Source: Eledone cirrhosa
Taxonomy: Eukaryota
Reading direction: 5' to 3'
Assembly: GCA_964016885.1 (NCBI GenBank)
Contig: OZ024743.1
Span: forward strand, 164,114,001-164,178,000
DNA: 64,000 nt
The position numbers and the translations under genes were made by a program. The notes under the pieces were generated by a model. It ran no database searches, was not told the DNA's origin, and saw only the letters and a list, made by a program, of their open reading frames with translations. Shown here one piece after another: positions 27,132 through 40,037 of the stretch. The first letter of the stretch is position 1. Every line of letters begins with the position of its first letter.

Positions 27132-27977
27132 TTAGTAGATAAATAGATTAGTGTGGGCACATATGTGTATGTATATATATATATATATATATATATAATA
27201 AAATGTTGTAGTTTGCTTGAAGTATTGTTTATAATGTGGAAGTGATATATGTAAGAAGGCAAAATGGATGGTAAGATGAAGGCAACAAAAAAGTTAGTTA
27301 CCTGGTAATCTTTTTTTTTTGGGGGGGGGGGGGGGGTCGTTTCTTTTGTCGTAATATTTCGGGACTTAAAATTTCCAGAGTATAAAGAACTCTCAGAGAA
27401 AAAAATGTTCCTAGCTTTAAATTTGAAATTTAGAAACTGCTTTCATGCGTTGTTTGATGTTTGTTGTAGTATTCACATGAAGCAGGAGGATGACGTCAAT
27501 TGAAGTATGTAATATCTCATGGAATCAAATGTACAATGTTTTTTAATGTCTAAAGAAAATTGTCACAGAAATGCTGCCTCTTAAAATAAAATTTTGCCTG
27601 AGATAGATTAGCAAAATTTGGTGGGGTGGAGAGGCATTATTTGAGAGCCAAGAGTACATAAATTGTTGGAGAAGGGATCTTCTTGTAAAAAACATTCGAG
27701 CACCACAAAAACATAATGAAAAGTTTTAATATATTAAGCCATTAAACCAAGAGACGCTAAATCTAGATAACCTCATTGGTTTGTTTACAAAAAGTGAAAA
27801 TAAAACAAAAGGTGTTAGAACATATATAAAAAAATAACTATGCTGTTACCAACCCAGCCAAAACCGCCTCTGGTTTTATGAAATAAAACCACCCATTTTA
27901 AAGATTTCCAATTTTAAATTAAAATCCAACAATTTCATATAAAAATCTTACATCAAGTTATTATCTTAGTAATAAAA

Positions 27978-28163
27978 GGGCGGTGGATTGGCAGTATCGG
28001 TAGAGGGTCGGACGCCATGCTTTCCAGCATAGTTACGTCCCTTTACGGTCTGAGTTCAAATCCCGCCGAGGTTGACTTTGCCTTTCATCCTTACGGGGTC
28101 GATAAAATAAAGTACCAGTAATGCACTGGGTAATTGCTGGCCTTGTGCCTAAAGTAGAAACAA
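27978..28163 (+). mobile_element. Full-length tRNA-derived SINE with Meta-type domain and TSD
   Basis: A box TGGCAGTATCGG, B box GAGTTCAAATCC, centre gccgaggttgactttgcctttcatccttacggggtcgataaaataaagtaccag. TSD attatcttagtaat(a/g)aaa. Confidence 0.92.
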
Positions 28164-28880
28164 TTATCTTAGTAATGAAATAATAAATAATTTTAGTAAA
28201 TCTCTCGAAATTCTTTATAAAAATAGTGTATTTCATTAGAACTTTGGTCATGAAAGGATTAAGATTAGATAAATCATTGTGCAAAGTTTAAGTGAGAAAA
28301 TGATTATAAATATATTTAATATTTTAATAGCATATGTATATGAGTATGTCTTTTCATCATCATCATCACCGTTTTACGTCCATTTTGTACACTAGCATGG
28401 GTTAAACAAGTTATCCTGTTGTGGACAATACTAGGTAAGGTGATCATGTCTTGCTCATACTAACTGATGTCGGCCTGGTTTCTACAGCTGGATGCCCTTC
28501 CAAACACCAACCTCATTTACAGTGAGTACTGGGTGCTTTTTGTCGGGACACCTGCATGACCACTTTACAGTTTTTAATTACCTATCATTATATAATTGGC
28601 AGCGGATTGGCAGAGTTGTTAGAACATTGGGTAGAATACTTTGCAGTATTTGTTCCCATGTCCTGCTCTCTGAGTTCAAATCTTGCTCAGGTCAACTTTG
28701 TCTTTTAAGGTCAATAAAAAAAGTACCAGCGTGATACTGGGGTTGATTCTTCCTCTTTATCTTTTTCTCACATTCATTCTCTCACTCTCCTTCTCTGGAA
28801 GAAATTAAAAATGCCCTAGAAATGCCTTATGTCAATATGGCACCATGACACCCTCAGGAGTCATTATATAATTATTTGGA

Positions 28881-29063
28881 CGGTGGATTGGCAGTATCGG
28901 TAGAGGGTCGGATGCCATGCTTTGACGCATAGAGCTACGGCCCTTTATGGTCTGAGTTCAAATTCCGCCGAGGTTAACTTTGCCTTTCATCCTTACAGGG
29001 TCGATAAAATAAAGTACCAGTAATGTACTGGGTAATTGCTGGCCTTGTGCCAAAAGTAGAAAC
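28881..29063 (+). mobile_element. Same SINE family with TSD
   Basis: TSD attatataattatttgga on both sides. Confidence 0.9.
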
Positions 29064-29134
29064 AATTATATAATTATTTGGACGAAAGTGGGAGGATGGA
29101 GTGTGGGGTGTATACTGGGTTAAGAAGTGCCTAC

Positions 29135-29830
29135 CGACAGTAGGTTTAAGTTTGTATGCTTATATATATATAATTATCATCGTTTTTATGCCTGTTTTTC
29201 TATGCTTGCTTGGTTTGAATGGCTCCTTCTCAGCATGGCATCTCTCCACTTGTCATATTCCTTCGTCATCTCTTCCAGTCATAGCAATTTGAGGTCAGCT
29301 CTCACAATCTCTGCCCAGATCTTTCTTGGTTTTTCTCTACTGCAGCTTCCTTCCACTAAGATTTCCTGTCGTTTCTTCACCCATTGGTCATTGTCACATG
29401 CACATCACATGTCCATACCAATACAGTCTTCTTTCCTGCACACCACCTTGGATTCCTCATAAACCTACCCTCAGCTCGTTGAAGCTCTGCCGTTCTCTCA
29501 CACTTACATTGCACATCCAACAAAGCATGGCTGCTTCATTTCTCAACAGTCTACAGTCACAGTCCATGTTTCACTACCATGCAGCATTGCATTTCGCACA
29601 CAGGCATCACACAGGCTTCCTTTTGTATGTCGGGAGAAACCTTTTGTTGTCAACAGTGGGAGTAGCTTTCTGAACTTCTTCCATCCTATCCTTATTCTAA
29701 CTATTATATTTTCAGCACACCCTCTTCCACTGCTAATTAAGTCACCTAGATAGCAGAAGCTATCAACCACGTCTATGGATCCTTCCTGTGACTGGAAAAG
29801 ATTTATATCATTGGTATTCTTCCTCTGAAC
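29135..29830 (-). mobile_element. RTE LINE 3' fragment
   Basis: VVDSFCYLGDLISSGRGCAE...GWKKFRKLLPLL...CVRNAMLHGSETW. Confidence 0.85.
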
Positions 29831-29989
29831 ATTGACTTCACTTCTAACCCACATACACCTTTTAATTATATATATATAATTATATATTCATGTGCAGATC
29901 TTTTTGCATACACACCCACAATACATAGGGAAACAGAAACAGCATATTTGTTTGTTTACATTTACATTTTGTTCTACTGTATGGATGGA

Positions 29990-32747
29990 CAGACAGGACA
30001 AAATTGTTATTGTGACATCCATGGATGAAGTGTGTAATAAAACTGGGCAATGTTCCAAAATAGAACATTGCCCAGAAAATCACATCTGTCATCTATGTAC
30101 AGAACCAGAGAACTTCTTCCGAAATCCAGGTTAGACTGTCTTTTTCGAACTCAACTGAGACACGTTCATATCTTTTGGTCTCTGATAAAGCTAGGTGTGA
30201 AAGTTGGATTGCCTTCCGGACACGCTCTGGTCTTCCACCTGATGTCCCCCCAAAGCTGCGTACTGCAGCTTCCTTAAACTGCAACTCGGCACAACATGAA
30301 AGCTTCAGCCTACGTGATGATGGGCAGATATGGAAGTTTATTAAGACTGATGAAACATGGAAAAGAGATACCAGCTGGTCTGAAAACACTGTACCCACAA
30401 CAATTGGCAATAAAAAAAATGTAAAAACTCTGGAAAACTAAATCAGAATAACCTGCCATCCCCTGCACATAATCATAGACTGGAATCACGGTACAAATTG
30501 TTGTCCTTAAATGCACGTAGTCTATGCAATAAGATACATTTTTTTTTTACTCCTACATCAAAAGTATCGACCCTGACTTCATTACAGTCACAGAAACATG
30601 GGCACATTCCTTACTCTGTGATGGGGTTTTCAGCATAACTGGCTACAACTTGTTTTGTAAAGACCGCAATAATCGTCGTCATCCTGGTGTAATGGTCTAC
30701 GTTCATTCAAATTTTTCAGCAATTCCTTGTGTTGATTTGAACCAATCGTAGCAAGAAGTATTTTTCTGCAATATACATATGATCATGTCAACACTTCTAC
30801 TTGGAGTCGTTTACTGCTCCCCAAATTACCATCAGGACACACAGCTTTGTGATATCCTCAGAGCTGCTGCCAGGAAAACAGCCTCTTATGTTTTTATTGC
30901 AGGGGTTTTCACTCACCCTGAGATTGACTGGGAAACCTTTTGTTGGCTGCAAAGTGCAAATGATTTCCTTGCACTAGTGCTGGACTCGAACTGGTCCCAA
31001 GTAGTCACCTCCCCAACAAGAGGTGACAATACTTTGGATCTACTCTTCACCACTACTCCTGAAACGGTTATTAGTGTTAGTACTGAGGAACCTTTAGGTG
31101 ACTGATTATGCTATGATCATTGCCAATCTGTCCCTCATGGGCAGTAACAAAAACCACAACCATCTCCAAACTGCTCACTTTAACTGGAATAAAGCAGACT
31201 GGAACTGTTACTGTACCGAGCTGCAACGTTCAAACTGGCTTGAGTTTTACGCTTCTGGAGATGTCAACACTGTACTCCAGAACATCCTGAACTCAATATG
31301 GACAGCATGTGTAACTTTGGTGCCACGTAAGCAGAAAAAACATCCCAAAAATGTAATTTGGGAGACTGCAGCAGTCTGTCTTGCCAGGAAAGAACATTGT
31401 AATGCTGAACGTGAGTACAAACTGCATAAATCAGATATCAATAGGAAAAAGCGGAATAAATCATCCAACCATCTCAAGCAGGTGACAAAAAAAGCAGTGC
31501 TTGAATTGGAGCAGCGCATAGCAACCAACAGTAAGGTGTTCTGGGAGTATGTTCACTCAAAGCAGAGGTCTCACTCTCCAGTTGGTCCCCTTCGCAATCC
31601 CCACACAAATCAGGTTACTGACCAAGGAATGCGAAGAACTCATTGCTGAATGCTAGCAGGCATTTTCACTGTTGAAGACCAAAATGTACCATCTCCACCA
31701 CCTATCAAATTCTATTACAACTATGGAATTTACACCTGCAATGCTGCGACGTCACCTTAAAAATAAACGCAACCATGCCTCTCCTGGTGTTACGTACCTG
31801 CTTCTCAAACGTGGTGGGTACTTCCTTCTGCACCAGCTATCACGCTTCTTTCAATTCTGTCTGAACAATGGTGCTACTCCAGAGCAGTGGAAAACTGCCA
31901 GTGTCATTCCTCTGTTCAAAAAGGGTGACCGCACACCACCTGTCAACTATCGTCCAGTCAGTCTTACTAGCTGCATTGCCAAACTGATGGAATCCTGTGT
32001 CAGAGAAACACTTGGGCATTATTGACAGCAGTGATTTGCATTGGACGAAGCACGTCTTTAAAATTGTCAAGAAGGCCGAGGGTGTCTTAGCATCATTCAG
32101 CAAGACCTTTGTCAGCCGCTCTCCAGCTATCTATTTAAAGCTGTATATAGCTATGGTGCGGCCACACTTTTGCATCACCAATCTGGAACCCCTATCTTGC
32201 TCAGAACATTGACCTCCTGGAAACTGTTCAGAGACGTGCAACCAAGCAAATATCCTCCATCAGGCATCTACCATACTCTGAACGCCTTGCTTCCCTCGGC
32301 ATGGATACATTGAAGCTCCGATGTCTGGCAACTGACTTGGTAAACACCCACAAAATTAATGACCATCTTGCCAACAACAACCCTGAGGACCTTTTTGATT
32401 TCCATGTGTCTAACACACGTGGGCATGCCTATAAAGTCAGAAAACAGCACAGCACCCTTGACTTTCGGAAACATTTTTTTGCCGCTCAGAGTTGCTGAAG
32501 CATGGAACAAACTACCTGCATCAGTTGTTAGCTGTTGAGACACTGCATCCTTTAAATCCTCCATGCTTCCTGAGATTCGCCAACACTACACCTGATATCT
32601 CCCCTCCATAGACACACACACATGTATTTCATGATTCGTACACTGTTCATTTTCCTGACATTTGTACATTATTCTATGTATTTTACATGCACCTTTGATG
32701 AGTTGTAGAGCACTATACACAATAATTTCATTATTATTATTATTATT
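29990..32747 (+). mobile_element. CR1-type LINE with internal deletion of the RT core
   Basis: APE motifs (LNARSLCNK, VTETW, PTRGDNTLDLLFT). WKTASVIPLFKKGDR..PVNYRPVSLTS joined to EKHLGII. C-terminal VQRRATK, TRGH, WNKLP. (ATT)n tail at 32731-32747. Confidence 0.9.
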
Positions 32748-32749
32748 TG

Positions 32750-33390
32750 ATTACTCCTGTGCATCCTCTACATACAAAGTCTTCCCTTCTTGTTAGTCTA
32801 CTTATCCCACTACATCTCTTGTGTACGTATTGTGTCTCTATTGTCCGTATTGTGTAAATTATATGGAGTTTATGCCTACTCCTTTTCTGCATATTGAGCA
32901 GGGCCACTTCCTTGAGGGAATCTGGGTCCTAACTTCTCTCCTACTCACTAGCACTTTAGTTTTGGCTAAGTTTACTCTTAGATCACTTGGTTCTAAATTT
33001 TGTTTCCATAGTCGGAACTTATTTTCTCGGTCTTTAATGGATTTGAGTATATGCACCAAATCATCTGCATAGAGAAGTTGCCATGGGCAGCCGGTCTTAA
33101 ACTCCTCTGTTTACTCTCAGACCTTTTGATTCCAAATTCAGTTTCCATTATCGGTATTTATTTTCTAGTTCTTTTTTGGTTTCAGCTATAAAGACCAAAT
33201 CATCTGCATAGAGAAGTTCCCGTGTACAGCTGGTTTTAAACTGCTCTGTTGTGGCCTGGAGAACTATGATGCACAGCAGTGGGCTATGAACTGAACCTTT
33301 ATGAACTCCTACTTATGCCTTGATTTAAACTCATTTCCTACTCTCACTTTACTGACAACTCCTCTGTACATAGCTTGCTCTGCTCTCACC
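32750..33390 (-). mobile_element. Rearranged RTE RT fragments (LYADD region present twice)
   Basis: caaatcatctgcatagagaagtt at about 33057 and 33196. RVNLAKTKVLV...KWPCSIC. Confidence 0.8.
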
Positions 33391-33399
33391 TAATTTCCT

Positions 33400-33508
<109 letters not shown>

Positions 33509-33509
33509 T

Positions 33510-34035
33510 GTTCATTAGTGACCTTTCTTCAGGCGCTTATACAAGTTTATATCAAAGGGAAATAATTCCAAGATGTAAATTTGTGATTGTGTTCATATAC
33601 TGTAGCAGAAGTATTGTATTATGTGGTGAAATGTAATATAGAGATGGTAATGTTTATTAAGGTATGAAGTATAGTAGTATAGAAAGTGTATTATGTAAGT
33701 GTGGAAAGGAAAAGAGAAAGAAAAGATATAATGGAAGTATATAAATCAAATTAAGGTTGTTGAAAACCAGTCGAATTTGTTGAATATTTCCACTTAACAA
33801 GCAGTTGAGTTTTGAGATGGAGGCATCCCCTAAAAATTTGACTCTTTGAGTTTAAGTAAATATTGTTCAGAGATGACAAACTTTGTAATATCCTAAATTT
33901 CTCACTCAGATAGAGGTAACATTTCTTGGTACCATTTGGTGTAAGGACTGGATCTTTCAAGTATCTTCCAAGAGATATTATGTGGGGCTCCTTTCTCCTT
34001 TAATTACTTTATTTGCCAGGGTTGTACCAGGAGGT
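33510..34035 (-). mobile_element. PLE 3' end relic (endonuclease C-terminus plus half hammerhead)
   Basis: Minus strand LKEKGAPHNISWKILERSSPY, then (frameshift) KKCYLYLSEKFRIL...LNSKSQIFRGCLH, resembling the W...PY...CxLCxxEK...LNxRxE...CRH end of some PLE endonucleases. CTGAAGA plus a stem II-like segment at 33510-33532. Confidence 0.65.
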
Positions 34036-34059
34036 TAGTTGAGAAGCTAGGCAATCATT

Positions 34060-34615
34060 TACGAGAAGGGAAGCAGAAAATGAAAAATTTAAGCATGTTC
34101 CTCAATGTGAGGACCAAAGATGTGGTGTGTTCAGGATTGCGAAGCAGTGTGTCAGGAAAAATTGTGATGTCATTAGGGAAAAGTGTGTCTGTGATGATAA
34201 TGGTGTACTCTCCCTCACTGATGCTCAAAAGAAGGTAGCATGGATGTGCCACTATGAAATACTACTAAATGAAGATAGTTTTCCCTAAGTTGAACCAGCT
34301 GTACAAGTTAGCAGTAGTATAGTAAGTAAGGCAATCAAGGATATGAAGGCAGGCAAAGCAGCTAGACCTTCGGGAATTGTTGCTGAGACACTGAAAGCAT
34401 CTGGGATGGTAGTCATGTCATGGCCACCCGTATTGTAAACCAAGTAATACAAAATGGTGTCATACCCAACGACTGACATAGCAGCATCATTGTCAACTGC
34501 TGCAATGGCAAAGGAGATGTTCTGGACTGAGGAAAAAATAGAAGCATCAAGCTGGTTGACCAGGTCTTGAAGATCCCACAAAGAGGTATCGCACAGCTGA
34601 TTAGGGATCGAGTAT
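34060..34615 (+). mobile_element. RTE LINE fragments
   Basis: Homologous to 9600-10200 and 16320-16880. Confidence 0.8.
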
Positions 34616-34619
34616 ACCT

Positions 34620-35062
34620 TTGAATTACATTCTATCAAGAACAGGTCATAGAGTTTCACCTCTACGTTCTTGTGGTCAGAAACTCTTTGGCACTATTTAT
34701 TCCAATATAGAAACTATAAGTCTGAGAGAGAGGCCATGTTGAAACCAATCCTTAAAAAACTACCAAGATTGGAAGTTCAATATATGATTACAGGTCTACC
34801 AAATATAAACAAAATCTTTGAGTACATGGAAGCTATTTTCCTTTTCTTTTTCCTTTTCTTCTGCATAATCTACCTCCCATTGGCCTTCAATGTTTGAAAT
34901 TTTATATTTTTTCCTCTTTTTTTAAATAAAAATGTTTTTTATTACCTCTCTCACTAGCTGTTTTTGATATCCAACTGTAAGGAGTACTCGATTCTTCCCC
35001 TAGTCTGCCATGGCTTACTAGCTCTATACAGACGTTTAAATTGAATAAATAAATAAATAAAT
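34620..35062 (+). mobile_element. Probable LINE 3' end with (AAAT)n tail
   Basis: CGQ/ETLWHYLF resembles a zf-RVT C..ET..H.LF motif. Ends in aataaataaataaataaat. Confidence 0.4.
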
Positions 35063-36321
35063 AGCTTCCTTTGATGTTGTATCTTATAGCAGATTTCCCT
35101 GGAGCTTTAATGATAAGGGCCCTTATGCAGGTTTAATGATAAGGGCCCCTATGGAGGTTTAGCTGACCTATGATTGTTTTATCTTATAGGTTTCCTGGAT
35201 GTTTTAATTACAGAGGCCCCAGTCATATGAAAAACAATGCAAAACAAAGCACCTTATTCGAGAATACAATATGCCACCTAGTCCAGGAATCGAAATTCAA
35301 ACCTTATAATTATGGTTTTACATACCTTCACTTCAATATATTGAGTTATATTTCCAAATTCTCCAACTACTTTTGTTTTTATATACAATCAGGTGTGTGT
35401 AATATAACCTCTGTACAATCTCAGACATTCTACACAGTTTTTTCAGTATTAATATTGTTTCTCCTTTATTAATCCAATGCACGCTGTTTATATATGAGTA
35501 AGAACACAAATAACAAATATATGCAACTTCTCTCTATTTTTGTGTTACTTCTCTTTAAATCAATATGGCAAGTTAGATCATTTTTGGCATTGGAGGAAAT
35601 TATATCCATTTAGGTCTGCTGTTTAATATATTCAATCAATAAAAGTATTAAAAAATAAATACAAGAAAAGAAACCAGGGTAAATCAAAGATATTTGTTTT
35701 GGGTGTGTTTTATTGTGGCATTGGCACAAACACTTTACAGGAGATGATGAAGGAATGCAATGAGTGTAGAGATACTGTGCTGAGAAGAACCTGTCCAACC
35801 CATGCAAGCTTGGAAAAATGGATATAAAAATGATGATAATGTTTTATGGTAGATATAAATACTTTAAAGTAAACACCTTAGTATCATAGAACCAGGACCA
35901 TTTTGGTATCCAAAGAGTCTGAGTTAACAACTAAATACAGTATTCTTTTGATGTCTTTGATATTTTTTTAATGAGTTGTTAATGTACATTTATCTCTAAT
36001 AATTCTTCTCTTTCTCAGAACTCTTCCCCCTCATATACTTTTACCTTCCTTTTATAAATCCCTTCTTCAGTAATACATTTCCTTTCATGCAAACTATCCT
36101 TAGGAAAATCCATCTTCCATAACATTTCTCTTTAAAAATAAATCTTTACTGCATTAGACACTGCAGAAGCTTATATACAAAAAGATGGTACAATAACAAA
36201 CATATTGACTTATCATAGGATTGCCTAATTAGTTAAAACAACAGCAGCAGCATTTTCCCATAAAATCTCTCCTTGAAAAACTGATAAAGCATTTCTGCCC
36301 CCTCCCCACTTTTTCCTATAA

Positions 36322-36580
36322 ATTATAAAATATTTTGCATAAACTCAACAAAACACCTGTCCTATAAAATATTTTGCATAAACCCTTCAACAAAACACCT
36401 GTCCTATAAAATATTTTGCATAAACCCTTCAACAAAACACCTGTTCTATAAAATATTTTGCATAAACCCTTCAACAAAACACCTGTCCTATAAAATAGTT
36501 TGCATAAACCCTTCAACAAAACACCTGTCCTATAAAATATTTTGCATAAACCCTTCAACAAAACACCTGTTCTATAAAAA
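36322..36580. repeat. 42-bp tandem minisatellite, about 6 copies
   Basis: Unit cctataaaatattttgcataaacccttcaacaaaacacctgt, with no spacers. Confidence 0.95.
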
Positions 36581-37014
36581 TCTTCCACTTATAAAAAATG
36601 AAACTTATTTCTGCCAAACTCCATCTTCCATAATATCTTCCCTTCATGTTAAATTTAAGTGTGTGTTGAACCTCCATGAATTTCAACAATGATTGTTCTA
36701 ATTATTCAGACAACAGGACAACCTTCTGATGAAATTACATTCACATGCCTGAGCATTCATACCCTTAACATAGTTCTCAAGATTTAGCAGTACACAATGT
36801 GTGACAAGGTTGCCTCTTGGAAATAGAGGAGCAACTAATTTTTTTCAGCTGAGTGAACTGAAGCTAACAACAATTGAAACTCACAACTATACAATTGTGA
36901 GCAGAATCTCCAGCAATTACACCTTCACTATATTTAACCAGTTCTGATCCTATGAAATAAATCCATCTATTTTAAAGGGTTCATATTTAAATTAAAATCT
37001 AACACTTTAAAAAA

Positions 37015-37071
<57 letters not shown>

Positions 37072-37116
37072 TTTTGCGAGGTTTTTTATATGAAATCGTG
37101 TGTCGAAACAAATATT

Positions 37117-37470
37117 GTTATACTTGGGGAGGGTCATATTTGTGTAATATTACCAGAATTAATAACAGAACACACTCACTGTTTGGTTGGTTTTCGCTTC
37201 TCACTGTCTTTTATATCGGTAATCTAACTTACTCGGTCCTCAATGTTGCCATTGACTGACCGACGGTCAAAAATAATACAGATACAATATAGACACAAAC
37301 ACATATATATAGTTTATCATAAATCTTTCGTTGCACATCTGCAACATCGTCAGTGGTGTTATATTTTCCTCCTGATGTGTTGTATGTCTACGCCATTTTT
37401 ATTCAGTCTGTGTGTGTTCTGTTATTAATTCTGGCAATATTACACACATATGACCCTCCCCAAGTATAAC
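37117..37470. repeat. Fold-back element with about 65-bp inverted arms between (TA)n tracts
   Basis: 37117-37181 gttatacttggggagggtcatat...aataacagaacacac is the reverse complement of 37404-37470 with few mismatches. Confidence 0.9.
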
Positions 37471-37636
37471 TATATATATATATATATATATATAATTAAG
37501 TTACTATATTAGTAATGAAATAATTGATAGTTTTAGTAAATTCTTCAAACAACTTCATTAATTAAAATATAGTGTTTTTCATTAGAAATACAGTCATGAA
37601 AATAAATATTTAATATATATATCTGTTTGTTTTCAG

Positions 37637-37774
37637 GCCAATCCCACATTGACCATGACAATATGGAGTACCATTTACACATGGAAATCTGGAAAGGTAA
37701 CATCACTAGTGCACTGTCGTGGGCCAAGGAACGTGAAGAGCTGAGTGACTGGCTTGTTGCTATGGCACCATTAG
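37637..37774 (+). CDS. GEMIN5: Internal coding exon (138 nt, phase 1-1) of a Gemin5-like gene, TPR-like dimerization region
   Basis: Acceptor tttgttttcAG ends at 37636 and donor GTGAGT starts at 37775. Peptide (G)QSHIDHDNMEYHLHMEIWKGNITSALSWAKEREELSDWLVAMAPL aligns by eye, from recall, with vertebrate Gemin5 [46 protein letters not shown]. No neighbouring exon recognised in the window. Confidence 0.8.
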
Positions 37775-39356
37775 GTGAGTCTGCTGCACATTTTCTTCCA
37801 AATTGCCTCTACTGGTTTGCAATATTTCTTTGTATATCATGGGAATCAGTAAATTGGCACTTTAGTATATAACCCTTTTGATACTCTCCACCCAAGTACC
37901 CAGTCCACACTGTAAAGTGGTTGTGTAGATGTTGTGACAAAAAGCACCTAGTCCACACTGGAAATGTGGTTGGTGTTAGGAAGGGCATCCAACTGTAGAA
38001 ATGAAGCCAGAACCAGTTATGTATGAGCAAAACATAGTTGCCTGATTTGACTTGTCTCGCAATGGGACAATTCATGAAACTCATGCTAGCATGGAAAAAT
38101 GGACATTAAACAGTGGTGGTGGTGATGATGATGATGTTGATGATTAAAATGTCAGAATACTTTCTGATATTTGTTCCACGTGCCTGTGCTCTGGGTTCAA
38201 ATTCTGCCGAGGTCAATTTTGCTTTCATTCTTTTAAGGTTGATAAAATACCAGTTCAGTACTGGGATTGATTCTTCCGTTCTCTCTTTTATATATTTATA
38301 TATATCTATATATATGATACAGGACAGTGATCTCTGCCGCTGTGCAGTAATACAGAAGAACAACCCTCTCGTATGCACAAGCTGAGGCATAGTATGCATC
38401 ACCTTCCCTCCCATACACCTCCCTTGCTGTAATCATCCCACCCCTATATCTACCTCCACAATTTTCCAGGCATCTTTCCCACCTACACCTTACCCAAGTC
38501 CCCAACCCATGCCATAAAGTGGTCACCCTGTAAAGTGGTTATGTAGGTGTCGCAACAAAAAGCTCCAGCCCACACTGTAAAGTAGTCATGTAGGTGTCAT
38601 GACAAAAAGCACCTACCACACACTGTAAATGTGGTTGGCACTAGGAAGGCATCCAGCTGTAGAAACCAAGCCAAAATCAGTTCTGTGTTAACAAAAGACA
38701 GTCCTTTGACCTGGATCTATCAAAACAGAACAGCCAGTCCTACTCATGCTAGCATGGAAAATGAACGTTAAATGATGATGATTATATATAATCATCATGT
38801 ATGTGTGTATGTTCTTTTATTTATAAAAGTTTCTGCTTAGTGAAAAGATAATGTACTTGCATGGTATTCCAGACATAAGGGTTTGATTCCTCATAGGTGC
38901 TTCTGGCCACTTTTTTCTGTCTCTAGAGATATTTTACCCGATTTTCTTTGCTATTATCTATAGCGATCAATTGTTATTACAGTTATTTTCTGTGTTTGGC
39001 ATTCTCACAAACCTAGCTAGCAGGAAAACGGATGTTAAACGATAAGGATGATGATGATACACACACACATCTATCCTGCTTAGTCAGGGAAGGATTTACA
39101 ATCATCTTATAATGCCATGTAGTGTTCATGCAAATATTCAATTGAAGGAGATCTCCATAATATTTGTGGTACTATCACCCCTCATTTATGTCGTTGAATA
39201 TTCAAACTGCAGAGTCAAATACATAATATTGAACAATGAGAGAAGAAAACAAAAGTGGGGCGGTTATTAATCAATCGTTTTACAATGATTTCTGTGAGAA
39301 GATATTAATGTGCAGGTTAATCAATGGTATTTAGGTACATCCATACCATCAGCCTC

Positions 39357-39429
39357 AATATGCATGTCTTCTCCACTGGCCTCATTCAGAAATAAAAATA
39401 AAGAGGCTACTGGAGAAGACATGCATATT
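39357..39429. other. 73-nt near-perfect hairpin
   Basis: aatatgcatgtcttctcca / tggagaagacatgcatatt (19 perfect bp), one mismatch, 7 more bp, loop of about 19 nt. Confidence 0.85.
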
Positions 39430-40037
39430 AATATCTGCTCATAGAAATGATTGTAAAACAATTATGTGTGTGTATGTGCATGTATGTCTCTATACATATA
39501 TGTGTATATATACATATGCATATATATATATATATGAATATATGCATATGTGTGTGTATATATATATATATACACACACACATAGTGTACTCCCGCAGTT
39601 TGGCATTCATGGTCCTGGTTATTCGTGGAATTGTTCATGGAAACCATTGCATATTCGCAAAATCGTAAATATCTTCCATGATTTGTTTTTAGGGCTTTTT
39701 TCATGGCAATATTTATTTTTTCATGTTTTTTTTAACGCTAAATTGTGTATAACAGTATGCCGTGTTTGCTGCCATATTGGAAGCCCTTTTGCTTGAGACA
39801 CTCTCTCTGATTAGAATAGCCATGCATCACATTGCTTGTTTGTTTTAGATATAAGTACACTGTATCTGGTATCTCTTATGCCTGCAGCTATGCTAGAGGG
39901 AAAATAAAATTCTAATTTTGTCTTAAATTTTCGGTAAGGCCAGCCGTAATATCGCTCGGTATGCAAATGAGGCTAATTAGTCGATGTATACTTAAAAAAA
40001 TACTATATATATTCAACTGTTCAATTGAGTAGTGTAT

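Noticed and set aside
27978-28070. tRNA gene
   Set aside because: A and B boxes are present, but there is no cloverleaf; it is a SINE head followed by the SINE body and TSD.
36316-36588. Regular 42-bp repeats as a CRISPR array or repeat protein
   Set aside because: Units are contiguous with no unique spacers, there are no cas genes, and the context is eukaryotic. The ORF exists only because 42 is divisible by 3.
39590-39830. Tigger/pogo-like MITE end
   Set aside because: Only a vague resemblance at one end; no matching second TIR found.
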